Shown here: positions 18,643-29,022 of the stretch, in pieces | How the letters are laid out: each line of letters opens with the position of its first letter | Position numbering within the stretch: position 1 is the first letter of the stretch | Assembly (NCBI GenBank): GCA_963682135.1 | Contig: OY821645.1 | Coordinates: 1,216,001-1,280,000 of the forward strand | Reading direction: 5' to 3' | From: Methanothrix sp. | GTDB lineage: Archaea > Halobacteriota > Methanosarcinia > Methanotrichales > Methanotrichaceae | DNA length: 64,000 nt | The notes under the pieces: model-generated | Told to the model about the DNA's origin: nothing | What the model saw: the letters and a program-made list of their open reading frames with translations, nothing else | The model's database searches: none | Made by a program: the position numbers and the translations under genes

Positions 18643-20271
18643 TTATTTTAGTGGCTCAAAGGGAGCTATATCATCTGGAATTCCGTCGCTACCCAATGTG
18701 TTATCATGCACAAGTGCTGAATTGCCTGTCAGTTTGCCATTTTTTCCATTATAAATTCCTCCACCATCTTTTGAGGCATGGTTATGATCGATGGAGCCGC
18801 TGTTTAGGTTTAAGGTTCCGCTATTCACAATGCCTCCGCCGAGGCCATCTCCATTCTTATCGGCTGTATTGCCATGTATTCTTGTACCGTCTAGGGTCAT
18901 CTCCCCCCCGCCATTTACAGCACCAGCACCGATCCTTGCAGTGTTGTCGTGGATAGAGCCACCATTCAGATGATTAGCAGATCCACCATAGCAACAGATA
19001 CCGCCACCTGATGAATATGCATCATTGGCAAAAATTGTTCCATTGTGCAAGGTCACTGATCCACCCAGACTATGAACGCCACCACCACTGTTTTTCGCAA
19101 CGTTATTTGAAATGGTGCCACTATGGATACTTATATTTCCACGGTAACCTATATAAATGCCGCCACCACACTGCTCCGCCTCGTTATTCGCCACGGTTCC
19201 ACCATTCAGGTTTATCAATTCTCTATTTCCGTAAATTCCGCCTCCATTGTGTGCAGCGTTATGTATCACGGATGCTCCTTTTTCTAAGTTTACAGTTCCT
19301 TTGTTAAAGATGCCGCCACCATAATATGCATTATTGCCAGAAATTATGCTATCCGTTAAAGTAAGTCTGCCATAGTTGATAATTCCTCCGCCACATATGT
19401 AATTATTTGCGTCATTGTCATCGACAGATACGGAGGTTCCAGTTCCACCCATTATGGTCATCCCGGATAAAGTCACATCTATATTGGATCTATTCTTGCC
19501 TATAATGATCACTGAGCCAGCTTCTGAGCCAGATTGACTTCCATTTATAATGGTTTTGCCCTCTCCAGCTCCCTTTATCTTAAATGGTTTATCGATACGC
19601 AAGTTCTCTTGGTAGGTACCAGCAACTAGAATTATGGTATTACCGGGATCTCCTGCATCAACTGCCTCTTGGATACTTGAATACTTGCGGCCTTGAATAT
19701 AGACATCAGGCTTACCTGATGCAGTGACATCACCATCATTTCCAATTGAAGTTGTAGCCCGGCATTCTCCGTTCTCTAGGTCCAACATCTTGACAGTATC
19801 GTCGTTCGAGCCAGATTCCAGTTTCTTCTCAGGCTCTTTTTGGGCCACTGGCGCTGACGCTTCCACCTCCTCCCGGCAGGCGGCCAGCAGTTCGCCGAAC
19901 GCGACCGGCGTCTCCTGCCGAAAGTCCACGTACTTGTAGCGGCGCAGAGTGTCTGGCAGAGTGCAGTCGGCTAGCAGCAGTGGAACGAAGCGGCGGCCGG
20001 TATTGGTCGGGTCGCGGAAGAGGACCGTGCTGCGTTCAAGCGTCACCCACTCCGAGCCCAGCGCTGCGGGCGAGAGGCAAAGCACCTGCACCCGAGCCGC
20101 TTCTAGCCCCCGTTCGATGGCCAGGTAGATGTCATCCCCTGCCTTGATGACCCAGTCATCGAACCACACCCGCAGCCCGGCTTTCTTCAACCGCTCGGCC
20201 AGCTTGCGCACCTGCGTCTTATCCTGCGAGTTGTGGCTCAGAAATACATCATAGGTGAAGCTATCTGTCAT
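18643..20271 (-). CDS. TIR-domain protein fused to right-handed parallel beta-helix (pectin-lyase fold) repeats
   Basis: YDVFLSHNSQDK, AGLRVWFD, SEWVTLE; then SIQEAVD..GTYQEN and many GGGIYN/N.A repeats. Confidence 0.88.
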   Translation of the reverse strand: MTDSFTYDVFLSHNSQDKTQVRKLAERLKKAGLRVWFDDWVIKAGDDIYLAIERGLEAARVQVLCLSPAALGSEWVTLERSTVLFRDPTNTGRRFVPLLLADCTLPDTLRRYKYVDFRQETPVAFGELLAACREEVEASAPVAQKEPEKKLESGSNDDTVKMLDLENGECRATTSIGNDGDVTASGKPDVYIQGRKYSSIQEAVDAGDPGNTIILVAGTYQENLRIDKPFKIKGAGEGKTIINGSQSGSEAGSVIIIGKNRSNIDVTLSGMTIMGGTGTSVSVDDNDANNYICGGGIINYGRLTLTDSIISGNNAYYGGGIFNKGTVNLEKGASVIHNAAHNGGGIYGNRELINLNGGTVANNEAEQCGGGIYIGYRGNISIHSGTISNNVAKNSGGGVHSLGGSVTLHNGTIFANDAYSSGGGICCYGGSANHLNGGSIHDNTARIGAGAVNGGGEMTLDGTRIHGNTADKNGDGLGGGIVNSGTLNLNSGSIDHNHASKDGGGIYNGKNGKLTGNSALVHDNTLGSDGIPDDIAPFEPLK

Positions 20272-20743
20272 GCCTTATCCCCCCAATTTTCGGCCATTGC
20301 ATGATTGCGTCGCCATCGTCAGCAGGCCAATGACCAAGCTCACCAGAGGCAATAGATCGCAGTGGAATTGCTCATCTGGTGGAGCGCCTTCTTGGTATCT
20401 CAATACTTGAACTTCTCCACTGTTTGCTAGATCTCCTATTTCAGTCTCACCATATAGTTGGCTTTAGGTTGTCGTTAATGTATTGATGCTTGAACACCAG
20501 ATAATCCAGCTTTTTGTACCGGCGAATATTCCGTTTGCTCTTTAGCCACAACAAATCATGCCAAGGAGGAACGGCGAAACTGCTTGGATTAGGTTTCGAG
20601 TCGCATGAAGATGACATCGCTTCCAAAAATTGATTTTGCCTTTTTCAGTCGAAAAGTCTTGAGCCTGAATCCTGCGCCTTTGACCTGGCTTGGCACCTCC
20701 ACAAAGGTGACAGCCAATCTCATGCACCGCCAGTCCGGCCCCC

Positions 20744-21262
20744 TCAGGATTCGCCGCCCGTCCCTTTCTTCTTGCCGACCTCATCCGCCCGGAAGGCCAC
20801 ACCCCTCCTCTCCAGCTCCGCCAGCAGCTCCTCCATGAACACCCCCCGCCCGCTCACGTGCGTGTGCTCGCACTCCCGCACCCGTCCACCCGTGTAGCCG
20901 CTGCTCGTAGTAATAACGCCACAGCTGGGGCTTCCCGCCAGGCCCACGATGCATAGCCGCGTCCCCTGGCGGGCCAGCATCTCTAAGAGGTCCGCGTAGT
21001 CTTCGATCAGGGCGCGGCAGAAGCGACGGAACTGGGGCACGTCGAGCTGATTTCGGGTAACCGCCCAGCGCTCCAGGCCCAGGTAGAGCGCCTCCGGGCA
21101 GGGGAGCTGAACCGTGGGGCCCTCGGGCCGAAAAGGCATGGGTGCGAGCCCCTTCACCCGCGTCAGAGGGTTGAGCAGGCAGTGGGCTGCGACGGTGACC
21201 ACTTTCTCAGCCTGGGCGGCGCCTTTATCTCGATTTTCTTCCGGTTTTGCGGTGGATGTCAT
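20744..21262 (-). CDS. DUF523 / TudS-like (2-thiouracil desulfidase-related) Fe-S protein
   Basis: AHCLLN, QLPCPE, GSPSCG, GRGVFMEEL. Confidence 0.8.
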   Translation of the reverse strand: MTSTAKPEENRDKGAAQAEKVVTVAAHCLLNPLTRVKGLAPMPFRPEGPTVQLPCPEALYLGLERWAVTRNQLDVPQFRRFCRALIEDYADLLEMLARQGTRLCIVGLAGSPSCGVITTSSGYTGGRVRECEHTHVSGRGVFMEELLAELERRGVAFRADEVGKKKGTGGES

Positions 21263-21678
21263 TATCTTCCTGAACCGGACTTAATTTGCTTGATATAATG
21301 AAAGAACTGAATACCGTCCATGTCGTCATAAAAGATGATACTCTCTGCCCTCTCTCCCACTTTAATCTTCAGAGTGTTGTTGTGAAACTCATCCACGTAC
21401 AGCACATCATCGATTACATCCAGGGGCACAGTCTGCACGCTGTCCCAGGCAAGTCCCGGCCTCACAAAATGCACATTCTTGTCCGTGGTCACCAGATAGC
21501 CCAGCACCTTGTCCAACATGCCTATCCTGGCGATGGCCAGCATCTGCTCGGATGCCTTGCTTTGCAGGATAGCTGGAGCGATCTGCACCAGCTTCTCGCC
21601 TGCTGCTGCCAGCTTCTTGGCAGTGCGGTTCAGCTTCTTGGGAACCACTATTTCGCCCACTTCTATCGTATCGGTCAT
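21262..21678 (-). CDS. PH-like domain hypothetical protein
   Basis: GYLVTTDKNVHF..VPLDVI pattern; host-like codon use; coupled to the next gene. Confidence 0.6.
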   Translation of the reverse strand: MTDTIEVGEIVVPKKLNRTAKKLAAAGEKLVQIAPAILQSKASEQMLAIARIGMLDKVLGYLVTTDKNVHFVRPGLAWDSVQTVPLDVIDDVLYVDEFHNNTLKIKVGERAESIIFYDDMDGIQFFHYIKQIKSGSGR

Positions 21679-21756
21679 ATTGATCTGCTTTAGATTATGA
21701 TCGTTTCTTTGTGCGCCCTACGACTTAGTGCTCTGTGATCTCTGTGCCTCTCCATT

Positions 21757-22899
21757 CTAAGTCACAATCTTTTCCAGACAGTCATTCTCCAGAGCGAGAC
21801 GCACCTCGCGCGCCAGCCTGCGGCCTGTGGACATGTTAGTGCGCCAGAGGGCATTTCCATAGGGATGCCCGACGGCCATGTGCACATTTGTGCCGCCGCC
21901 GATACGCGGAGCAACATCGTAGATGTAGAAGTTGAGGTCCTTGTCCACACAGGTCTGCAGACAGAAGGGACCGATGATGCCGGGAGAATAGTACTCCTGC
22001 GTCGCCTCCACATACTTCTCAGCCAGAACAAAGGCCTTCTCCAGGAGCGACTCGCGCAGAGTTGCCGAGTTATGGCCGCAGACGGTGTACTCGGGATTGA
22101 TCTGCTTGTCGTTAAGAGTAAGCTGCTGAGGCGCAGGCAATCGGCAGTGCCCGTCCAGTGATGTCTCGAAACGCCAATCTATGCCGATCAGCTCGATCTG
22201 CTTGCTGATGGGCGAGTAGAAGAAGTCCAGATTGAATACCGGCCCGATCACGTAGCGCTCAATTCTGGCCAGCTCAATTCCGTCCTGATCAATCACATTC
22301 TGACGCAAAAGCTGATCGGCCTTCTGACAATACTCCTCGTAGGAGGCGGCTGTGAAGAATCCCCTCTCCAGGGTCTTTACTGCATGAGGCAGCTTGACCA
22401 TCACTAGCTCTTTGATATCCTCTGCCTCTACGGGCTCGGGGTATGGCAGCCCTGCCTTCTCCAGTATCCAGTAATAATCCCTCTTGTCGCCCCGCTCCTC
22501 GGAACGAAGCAGGTTTCGAGAGCCCAGAAGAGGAATCTGAAACTGATCTTCAACGGCATCAATGCCGCAGTAAGAGGTAAACGACCGATTGGGCACGAAA
22601 AGAGTATTCTTGGCCTTGAGAAAATCCTGATTCTCCTGCTCTAAAATCTGGGAAAATTTTTTGAGCATCAGGACCTCGTCGATCATGCCGTTTATGATTC
22701 TGCCAGACTTATCCCGACCGGCGCGGAAGTACTTGACATAAGGCTTCTCCCGCCCCTCCTGGCACACCGCCAGCGTCCGGAAATTCTCCTCTACTGCGCC
22801 GTCTGCCGTATCCAGGGCAGAATGGGATGCAATCATCCCGATTCGCAGATCATCGAGGTCGTATCCCCTCAAGACCTCTAATACCTTGCTGCGATCCAT
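21757..22899 (-). CDS. purP: PurP-family ATP-grasp protein (FAICAR synthetase-like)
   Basis: SHSALD..DGA..E.F.T, VPNRSF, ERGFF, GHNSATLRESLL, IGPFCLQ, APRIGGGTN. Confidence 0.88.
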   Translation of the reverse strand: MDRSKVLEVLRGYDLDDLRIGMIASHSALDTADGAVEENFRTLAVCQEGREKPYVKYFRAGRDKSGRIINGMIDEVLMLKKFSQILEQENQDFLKAKNTLFVPNRSFTSYCGIDAVEDQFQIPLLGSRNLLRSEERGDKRDYYWILEKAGLPYPEPVEAEDIKELVMVKLPHAVKTLERGFFTAASYEEYCQKADQLLRQNVIDQDGIELARIERYVIGPVFNLDFFYSPISKQIELIGIDWRFETSLDGHCRLPAPQQLTLNDKQINPEYTVCGHNSATLRESLLEKAFVLAEKYVEATQEYYSPGIIGPFCLQTCVDKDLNFYIYDVAPRIGGGTNVHMAVGHPYGNALWRTNMSTGRRLAREVRLALENDCLEKIVT

Positions 22900-22956
22900 C
22901 AAGTCAGAGCACCTCAAAATAATTATGTTGTCCCCTCATATTTCCATCCCGATTTA

Positions 22957-23727
22957 TCAAGATGACCCCACTCCCACCAGGAGTTCGCCTTTGCCGTTAT
23001 CAACCAGGTCGCCTGCATACTTCTGGAAGGCCAAGCCATCAACCTGCACGACCTCCAATCTTTGGAAGCTGGGCAGAACCTTGGCCTCTCCTTTTACAGT
23101 TATAGTTCCTTTGCTCATCTCCGCGCCCGGCAGATAGGCGCGACCACCGATGAAGATTGTGCCGCCCTGATTGGCGGCTCCGGGAAAGTCGCCCGCATCC
23201 CCAAGGACGCGAATGCTGCCCCCGCAAAGATGCTCGCCGAGGTATGCCCCCGCGTTTCCCCTTACCTCGATCTCTCCGCCGCGCATGCCGCACTTCTCAC
23301 CCCGGTATCCGCCGCCCAGGTAGTTTCCGGCATTCCCCATGACGACAACCTTGCCGCCCCGCATCTCCCTGGCCAGCCAGTCGTCGGCATTGCCGGCAAT
23401 GCTCAAAAGGCCGCCTTTCATATTATTGCCAGCATGCATGCCCACGCTTCCTTCAGCCAGCACCACTCCCGCGGTCATGCCTTCTGCGATTCTCTTTACG
23501 GAAGAGAAGTCGCCTACAAGCCGAATGCTAATCTCTTCAGCCTTTGCCGGCGCATCATCGCCTTCTATCACAAAAAGGTCGGATAACGTGCGCTGCCTAT
23601 TTCCCTGCCAGACAGCCAGGCTCTTTATCTGGCTCAAGGTGAGAGGCGCAAACTTGTCGGGTGATATGTTTTCCGCCTCTACGGAGATGCGAAATGCCCC
23701 CTTGGGTGCAATGGTTATATTTCTCAT
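22957..23727 (-). CDS. fwdC: Formylmethanofuran dehydrogenase subunit C
   Basis: EAENISPD; glycine-rich M.GG.I.V.GNA repeats; GDLVDNGKGEL. Confidence 0.93.
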   Translation of the reverse strand: MRNITIAPKGAFRISVEAENISPDKFAPLTLSQIKSLAVWQGNRQRTLSDLFVIEGDDAPAKAEEISIRLVGDFSSVKRIAEGMTAGVVLAEGSVGMHAGNNMKGGLLSIAGNADDWLAREMRGGKVVVMGNAGNYLGGGYRGEKCGMRGGEIEVRGNAGAYLGEHLCGGSIRVLGDAGDFPGAANQGGTIFIGGRAYLPGAEMSKGTITVKGEAKVLPSFQRLEVVQVDGLAFQKYAGDLVDNGKGELLVGVGSS

Positions 23728-25428
23728 CTAAGCCACCCCCCGAGGAACAGGAAGACCTGCCCGAATTACTTTCCCATGGGGAAGATAGGCATCCTGCACC
23801 GCGTAATTGGCGATCTGCACGCTATAGTACCTGGCGAACTTCTCCTCCAGATCAACCATAAGCCGGTCTGTGTCCGGCTGAGGCACGACGGCATCCACCC
23901 AGAAGGTTCTGCCCGGCGGCGTTGCCAGAATCTGACCCTCCTTGGATACAACCACTCCACCTTTTATGGTGTACTTGGCCTTTGCCAGAGATTTCTTAAC
24001 CAGCGCATGATCCTGGCTGGTATCCACTTCCTCAGGCCGCAGGTCGTAAATGGACACATCCCCGTCAGCCCCCGGTCCCAGGTGTCCTTTATCGTCCAAT
24101 CCCAGGATACGCGCCGGAGCCGCGCGCGTCATTATGGCGATATCCGTCCAGTCCATCTCCCTCTCAATGCTGCCAAGCGTAGTGCGTTTAGGCACCTGAT
24201 CATGCAGCGTGGCCATCTCCACTTCCCTCTTGGGACGGCTCATAAGCAATGTGATGACCTCAGGATAATTAACAAAGGGGCTGCCATTGGGATGATCTGT
24301 GGTCATGAGCACCTTCCAGGGATCTTTAACCAGCAAGGCCAGTTCCAGTCCTATAGCCCATTGCACGGCATTGACCAGCATCTTTCTGAAGTAGGCCATG
24401 GGCACCACGCCGCTTGACTCCTCCAGCTCGATATCGTGATTGGACCACTTGTTATGAGTGAGACGGGCATTGCCGTACTCCAGAGGAGCATCGGCGGTCA
24501 TGGTGGTGGCGCTGCCGAAGAGCAACTGCCCCATATCCATGGTAGCATGGCTGTGACAATTGAAGTAGTCAGCAATAACGGGAGCTTTGGACTCGAAGTC
24601 GCGCCAGCTTGTTCCTCCGTAGGCGGAAAACTGCATGTGCGCCACGTGCACGACCTGTCTCATGCGGCTGGGCTTGATGTCCTTTAGCATATCCAGAGTC
24701 TCGATGGCCGTGGTGTAGTTGCCGGGCTTGCCCAGGTTATTGAAGTGCAGATGAATAGAATGGGGCAGGTGTAGCATCTCATTGGCCTCTGCCAGTCCCC
24801 GGATGATCTCCGCGGGAGTCACATCGAAATTGGGCACGGTATCATTGACGCCCTTAACATTAGCTCCAAATCCCCAGGCCTCGCCTCCGCCGGGATTCAC
24901 GATCTTTACGCCGTAGCCCCGAGCAGCTCGCAGCCCCCAGGCCAGGTAGGCAGCCAGCTTGGATAGGTCTTTGTCGCGCACGCACTCCATGACCTGCCAG
25001 TTGTTGCCAAACAGAGTGAGAGCTCCTTTATCGATGATAGGGATCTCCTCCAGCTCTTCATGGGTATGCCGCGCCTCCAGTATGGGCGTGGCCGCTTCGA
25101 AGGCGGTGGTGTAACCCATGCGAGCATAGCGATAGCCCATAGCATAGCAGTTGGGAACGGTATAGCCTGTCGAGGGCCTGCAGACTGCCGAGCGGGCTTC
25201 GGTGCCCAGTCGGGCATCATCGGGCCTCATAATCCGGCCGGTGTTCACCTTCTTGCCGGCAATGTGGGAGTGAGCATCGACTCCGCCAGGCATGACCAGA
25301 AGGCCGCGGGCATCTATCTCTTCCCCTTTGGCCGACTCGACCATTCTGCCCTTATCAATAAAAAGGTCCATCTCATCGCCATAGATGCCGTTTGCCGGAT
25401 CGTAGACAATTCCACCTCTGATTATCAT
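23728..25428 (-). CDS. fwdA: Formylmethanofuran dehydrogenase subunit A
   Basis: GGVDAHSH, VKIVNPGG, HSIHLH, TTDHPNG. Confidence 0.95.
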   Translation of the reverse strand: MIIRGGIVYDPANGIYGDEMDLFIDKGRMVESAKGEEIDARGLLVMPGGVDAHSHIAGKKVNTGRIMRPDDARLGTEARSAVCRPSTGYTVPNCYAMGYRYARMGYTTAFEAATPILEARHTHEELEEIPIIDKGALTLFGNNWQVMECVRDKDLSKLAAYLAWGLRAARGYGVKIVNPGGGEAWGFGANVKGVNDTVPNFDVTPAEIIRGLAEANEMLHLPHSIHLHFNNLGKPGNYTTAIETLDMLKDIKPSRMRQVVHVAHMQFSAYGGTSWRDFESKAPVIADYFNCHSHATMDMGQLLFGSATTMTADAPLEYGNARLTHNKWSNHDIELEESSGVVPMAYFRKMLVNAVQWAIGLELALLVKDPWKVLMTTDHPNGSPFVNYPEVITLLMSRPKREVEMATLHDQVPKRTTLGSIEREMDWTDIAIMTRAAPARILGLDDKGHLGPGADGDVSIYDLRPEEVDTSQDHALVKKSLAKAKYTIKGGVVVSKEGQILATPPGRTFWVDAVVPQPDTDRLMVDLEEKFARYYSVQIANYAVQDAYLPHGKVIRAGLPVPRGVA

Positions 25429-25432
25429 CTCT

Positions 25433-26752
25433 TCAAGCCCCCTCGTTTGCCTTCATTTGGCGCTGCTTATGCACGCTCTCCAGTATTCCCGCCAGTATCT
25501 CTTCGTCGCTGGGAAGATTGCAGTCCACCAGCTTTCTCAAGCGCAAAGCCAGGCCATCCATGCGATAGGCTGTACCCTCCGCTTCTACTCCGGCAATTGC
25601 ACAGGGAATGACCACATCGGAAAGGATGGTCGTGGGATTCTCATAAGGATCGATCTGAATGACCGGAATGCTTGCCAGGCCTTGGGCAGTGGCGTGGGGG
25701 AAGTTGGATACGGCATCTGCTGCTATGATCAGCGCCGCATCGACATCTCTCTTGGCAAGAAGATCGCAGGCTGCCGTCTCGCCGGGATTGAAATAGGGCG
25801 CACCCCTGGTGAAGTCTACTGACATGGGATATCCGGAAGACCAGGCCAAGACCTGCCCGATTCCGCCGACATTATAGTGACCACGCATGGGCATAATCAC
25901 AAATTTGGTATGGCTGTTCAGCTCTGCCACCAGGGAGAGGGCATTATCTATGTTCTTGTACCGGCCCCTGCTATGAGTGATGCCCAGACCGAAGAAGATC
26001 GCTCCGAACCTGGCAGCTTTCAGCGTAGCCGCAATATCAGTCAGATCAGCCTTGTGGACGCCCCCCACCTCATCAGGCAGGCCCTCACCTTTTCCGGCTA
26101 TAAGCATGCGCAGCGCCGAGATCACCTCATAATCAGAGCCGGGGTTTATCCTCAGGAATTTGTCTGCATTCTTGGAGGTTCTGGTCTCGCGAACATCTAC
26201 TACGATGATCTTTCGGCCCTCGCGACCCTGGGGTGTGAATTTGCCGCAGGAATTGGATGAGTAGCGCAGAGAATGTCGAGGGTGAGCTTCCGCGGGATTG
26301 CAGCCCCAAAAGACAATAGTGTCTGCCCGGTTCTTCACCTGGCCTAAGGTTGCCCCGGGCAGCCCCTTCTCCTCGATGCCTATGACGGACGGTCCGTGGC
26401 AGACGGTAGCAGTGGAGTCGAGCACGCCACCTACCTCCTCAGCCAGAAGAATGCCCTTTTTGGCAGCCTCGCATGATGTGGAAGCCCAGCCGTAGAGGAG
26501 AGGTTTGGCCGCAGCCAAGAGGATCTCTGCAGCGCGCTCGTATGCCTCGGGAAAGCTCGCCGCCACCAGCACGCCGCCCTTGCGAATCATGGGGCTTTCG
26601 ATTCGCCCATGACCCATTATCTTGCTGGAGCCCAGGCGGCAAGCATGCCTGACCCTCGACACCTTGCCATCTTCTATCTCCACATTAATATCATCGCACA
26701 GGCAGCCGCAAAAGGAGCATACGGCATCTTTTATCATAATAGCTTCAGACAT
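25433..26752 (-). CDS. fwdB: Formylmethanofuran dehydrogenase subunit B
   Basis: CSFCGCLCDD, VCHGPS, WGCNP..HPRH, PMRGHYN, GTAYRMD. Confidence 0.95.
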   Translation of the reverse strand: MSEAIMIKDAVCSFCGCLCDDINVEIEDGKVSRVRHACRLGSSKIMGHGRIESPMIRKGGVLVAASFPEAYERAAEILLAAAKPLLYGWASTSCEAAKKGILLAEEVGGVLDSTATVCHGPSVIGIEEKGLPGATLGQVKNRADTIVFWGCNPAEAHPRHSLRYSSNSCGKFTPQGREGRKIIVVDVRETRTSKNADKFLRINPGSDYEVISALRMLIAGKGEGLPDEVGGVHKADLTDIAATLKAARFGAIFFGLGITHSRGRYKNIDNALSLVAELNSHTKFVIMPMRGHYNVGGIGQVLAWSSGYPMSVDFTRGAPYFNPGETAACDLLAKRDVDAALIIAADAVSNFPHATAQGLASIPVIQIDPYENPTTILSDVVIPCAIAGVEAEGTAYRMDGLALRLRKLVDCNLPSDEEILAGILESVHKQRQMKANEGA

Positions 26753-27140
26753 TGCCAGACGCCCCTTTGCCGGCCATGCCGGAAAAAAGCTCGCGAATAT
26801 TAAGAACAGGCGAATTTGTCGCGGCCACATCCACTTCTAATCCCTTAAAATGGGGCGTGCCGCATCCTCCTGTCTCCGTTCCGACTATTACATTGGCCCA
26901 GGGACCCATGGGTATGAATACCATGCTATCCGGCAGCCCGCCGTCCATCTTTGCCGTGAGCACCACCTGTCCGTAATCGTTCTTGATCAGGACATTGCGT
27001 CCCTCGGACAACTCCAGCGATTTAAAATCATTTTCAGACAAATGGCATATAGATACTGCTTTGAAGAAATCGGGAGACATTTTATTCTCGCACCCCGCCC
27101 CTTGGGCTAAAGTGCGCCCGGAGATCATGGTCGCCAACAA
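26745..27140 (-). CDS. fwdD: Formylmethanofuran dehydrogenase subunit D
   Basis: ISGRTLAQG, FIPMGPWAN, G.P.FKG. Confidence 0.92.
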   Translation of the reverse strand: MLATMISGRTLAQGAGCENKMSPDFFKAVSICHLSENDFKSLELSEGRNVLIKNDYGQVVLTAKMDGGLPDSMVFIPMGPWANVIVGTETGGCGTPHFKGLEVDVAATNSPVLNIRELFSGMAGKGASGNV

Positions 27141-27305
27141 TTCGTATCACCTGAGCTATCTAATCCCTCATTCCCATTGCCGGTAATAAAAGGTGCTGTT
27201 GTCATTTTATTATTTTTATGCAGTATTTTCTAGAGGCTCTTCTCGGGAATTTTTCGTGCATTACTTTAATATACATCATTATCATGAGAATACAGTCCAC
27301 TGATC

Positions 27306-27815
27306 ATGGAGTTGAGTTTTTTGGCGGGCAAAGCTTGGAAGTTTGGAAACGATATCGATACGGATGCCATCATTCCCGGACGCTATCTGGTTATCAATGA
27401 TCCGGGAGAGCTGGCAGCTCATCTCTTCGAGGGCGTTCGCCCGGAGATGGCAAAGATGGTGGCTCAGGGCGACTACGTAGTGGCCGGGGAGAACTTCGGA
27501 TGCGGATCCTCCCGAGAGCATGCCCCCATAGCCATGAAGGGCGCTGGAGTCAAAGCAGTTGTTGCCAAATCCTTTGCCAGAATATTCTTTAGAAACTCCA
27601 TCAACATCGGCCTGCCTCTGTTTATCTGCCCCCAGGTGGATAGAATCGCTGATGGTGCGCAAATAGAGATAGACATGATCGGTGGTGTGATTTACAACAA
27701 ATCCAGCGCTGAAGAATACAAAACGACCCCTCTTCCCAATTTTCTCCAGGAGATTGTTGATGTAGGAGGACTCGTGGAATATACCAGGCGACAGGTGGCC
27801 AAGGTGACGACATGA
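27306..27815 (+). CDS. leuD: 3-isopropylmalate dehydratase/homoaconitase small subunit
   Basis: [32 protein letters not shown]. Confidence 0.9.
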   Translation: MELSFLAGKAWKFGNDIDTDAIIPGRYLVINDPGELAAHLFEGVRPEMAKMVAQGDYVVAGENFGCGSSREHAPIAMKGAGVKAVVAKSFARIFFRNSINIGLPLFICPQVDRIADGAQIEIDMIGGVIYNKSSAEEYKTTPLPNFLQEIVDVGGLVEYTRRQVAKVTT

Positions 27816-28936
27816 ATTATAAAGTACCAGTTATCCCAGGTGACGGCATCGGCCCGGAGATCATTGCTGAGGGCCAGAAAGTTTTGCAAGCGGCAGCAGA
27901 CAAATACAATTTCTCCCTGGATTGGACAGAGTATTCTCTGGGAGCGGAGCACTACCTGAAGACAGGAGAGCTTGTGAGCGAAGAGACTCTAAAAGATCTG
28001 GGACGCTTTCCTGCCATCTACCTGGGTGCCATCGGCGACCCACGGGTACCCCCAGGCATCCTGGAAAAAGGCGTACTGCTGGCCATGCGTTTCTACTTTG
28101 ATCAGTATGTGAATTTGCGGCCCGTTAAGCTCCTGGAAGGCGTCTGGACGCCACTCAAGGATAAGACGTCCAAGGACATCGATTTCGTGGTGGTTCGCGA
28201 GAATACGGAGGACTTCTACATAGGCATAGGCAGTCGCGCACGCCGGGGCAAGAGCCACGCAGATTTTGAAATCAAGCGAACGCTCTACAATATAAAATTC
28301 GGCCTGGATATAGATACCGATAGCGACGAGATTGGCTATCAGATAGGGGAAGTCAGCCGCGAGGGCTGCAAGCGTGTCATAAAATATGCCTTTGATCTGG
28401 CGGCAAAGCGAGACCGTCAGGTATCTTCCGTGGACAAGGCCAATGTGCTCAGCGATATCTATGGCTTTTGGCGCGAGGTCTTCCTGGATGTTGCCAAAGG
28501 CTATCCGCAGGTCAAACACGACTTCAACTTTGTGGATGCCATTACCATGTGGTTTGTCAAGAACCCGGAGTGGTTTGATGTCGTAGTCGCTCCCAACATG
28601 TTCGGAGATATTATTACCGATCTGGGGGCCATGATTCAGGGGGGCCTGGGCCTGGCACCCGGTGCGAATCTGAATCCGGAGGGCACCAGCATGTTTGAGC
28701 CCATTCACGGTTCAGCACCCAAATACAAGGGACAGAATAAGGTCAACCCCATTGCCACCATATGGTCAGGGGCACTATTGCTGGAGCATCTTGGCCAGAG
28801 CAAAGCGGCAGCAGATATAGTCACTGCCATTGAGCGGAACTTATTTGAAGGCAGAATAAAAACGTATGATTTGGGAGGAAGCTCGACCACCTCTGAGGTT
28901 GGCTCAGAGATAGCTCGCCTAGTGGGACTTGTCTAA
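27812..28936 (+). CDS. leuB: Isopropylmalate/isocitrate-family dehydrogenase (probable LeuB)
   Basis: [39 protein letters not shown]. Confidence 0.88.
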   Translation: MNYKVPVIPGDGIGPEIIAEGQKVLQAAADKYNFSLDWTEYSLGAEHYLKTGELVSEETLKDLGRFPAIYLGAIGDPRVPPGILEKGVLLAMRFYFDQYVNLRPVKLLEGVWTPLKDKTSKDIDFVVVRENTEDFYIGIGSRARRGKSHADFEIKRTLYNIKFGLDIDTDSDEIGYQIGEVSREGCKRVIKYAFDLAAKRDRQVSSVDKANVLSDIYGFWREVFLDVAKGYPQVKHDFNFVDAITMWFVKNPEWFDVVVAPNMFGDIITDLGAMIQGGLGLAPGANLNPEGTSMFEPIHGSAPKYKGQNKVNPIATIWSGALLLEHLGQSKAAADIVTAIERNLFEGRIKTYDLGGSSTTSEVGSEIARLVGLV

Positions 28937-28943
28937 GTCCCAC
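28922..28943. terminator. Perfect 9-bp hairpin spanning the leuB stop codon
   Basis: gtgggactt-gtct-aagtcccac. Confidence 0.5.
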
Positions 28944-29022
28944 AAGGGAAAAGGCTTTTATGTGGGATGCTTTTATCCTCAGTAAGTGCAGCATAATAGT
29001 CGTGAGGCATGTCAGGCAGCGG

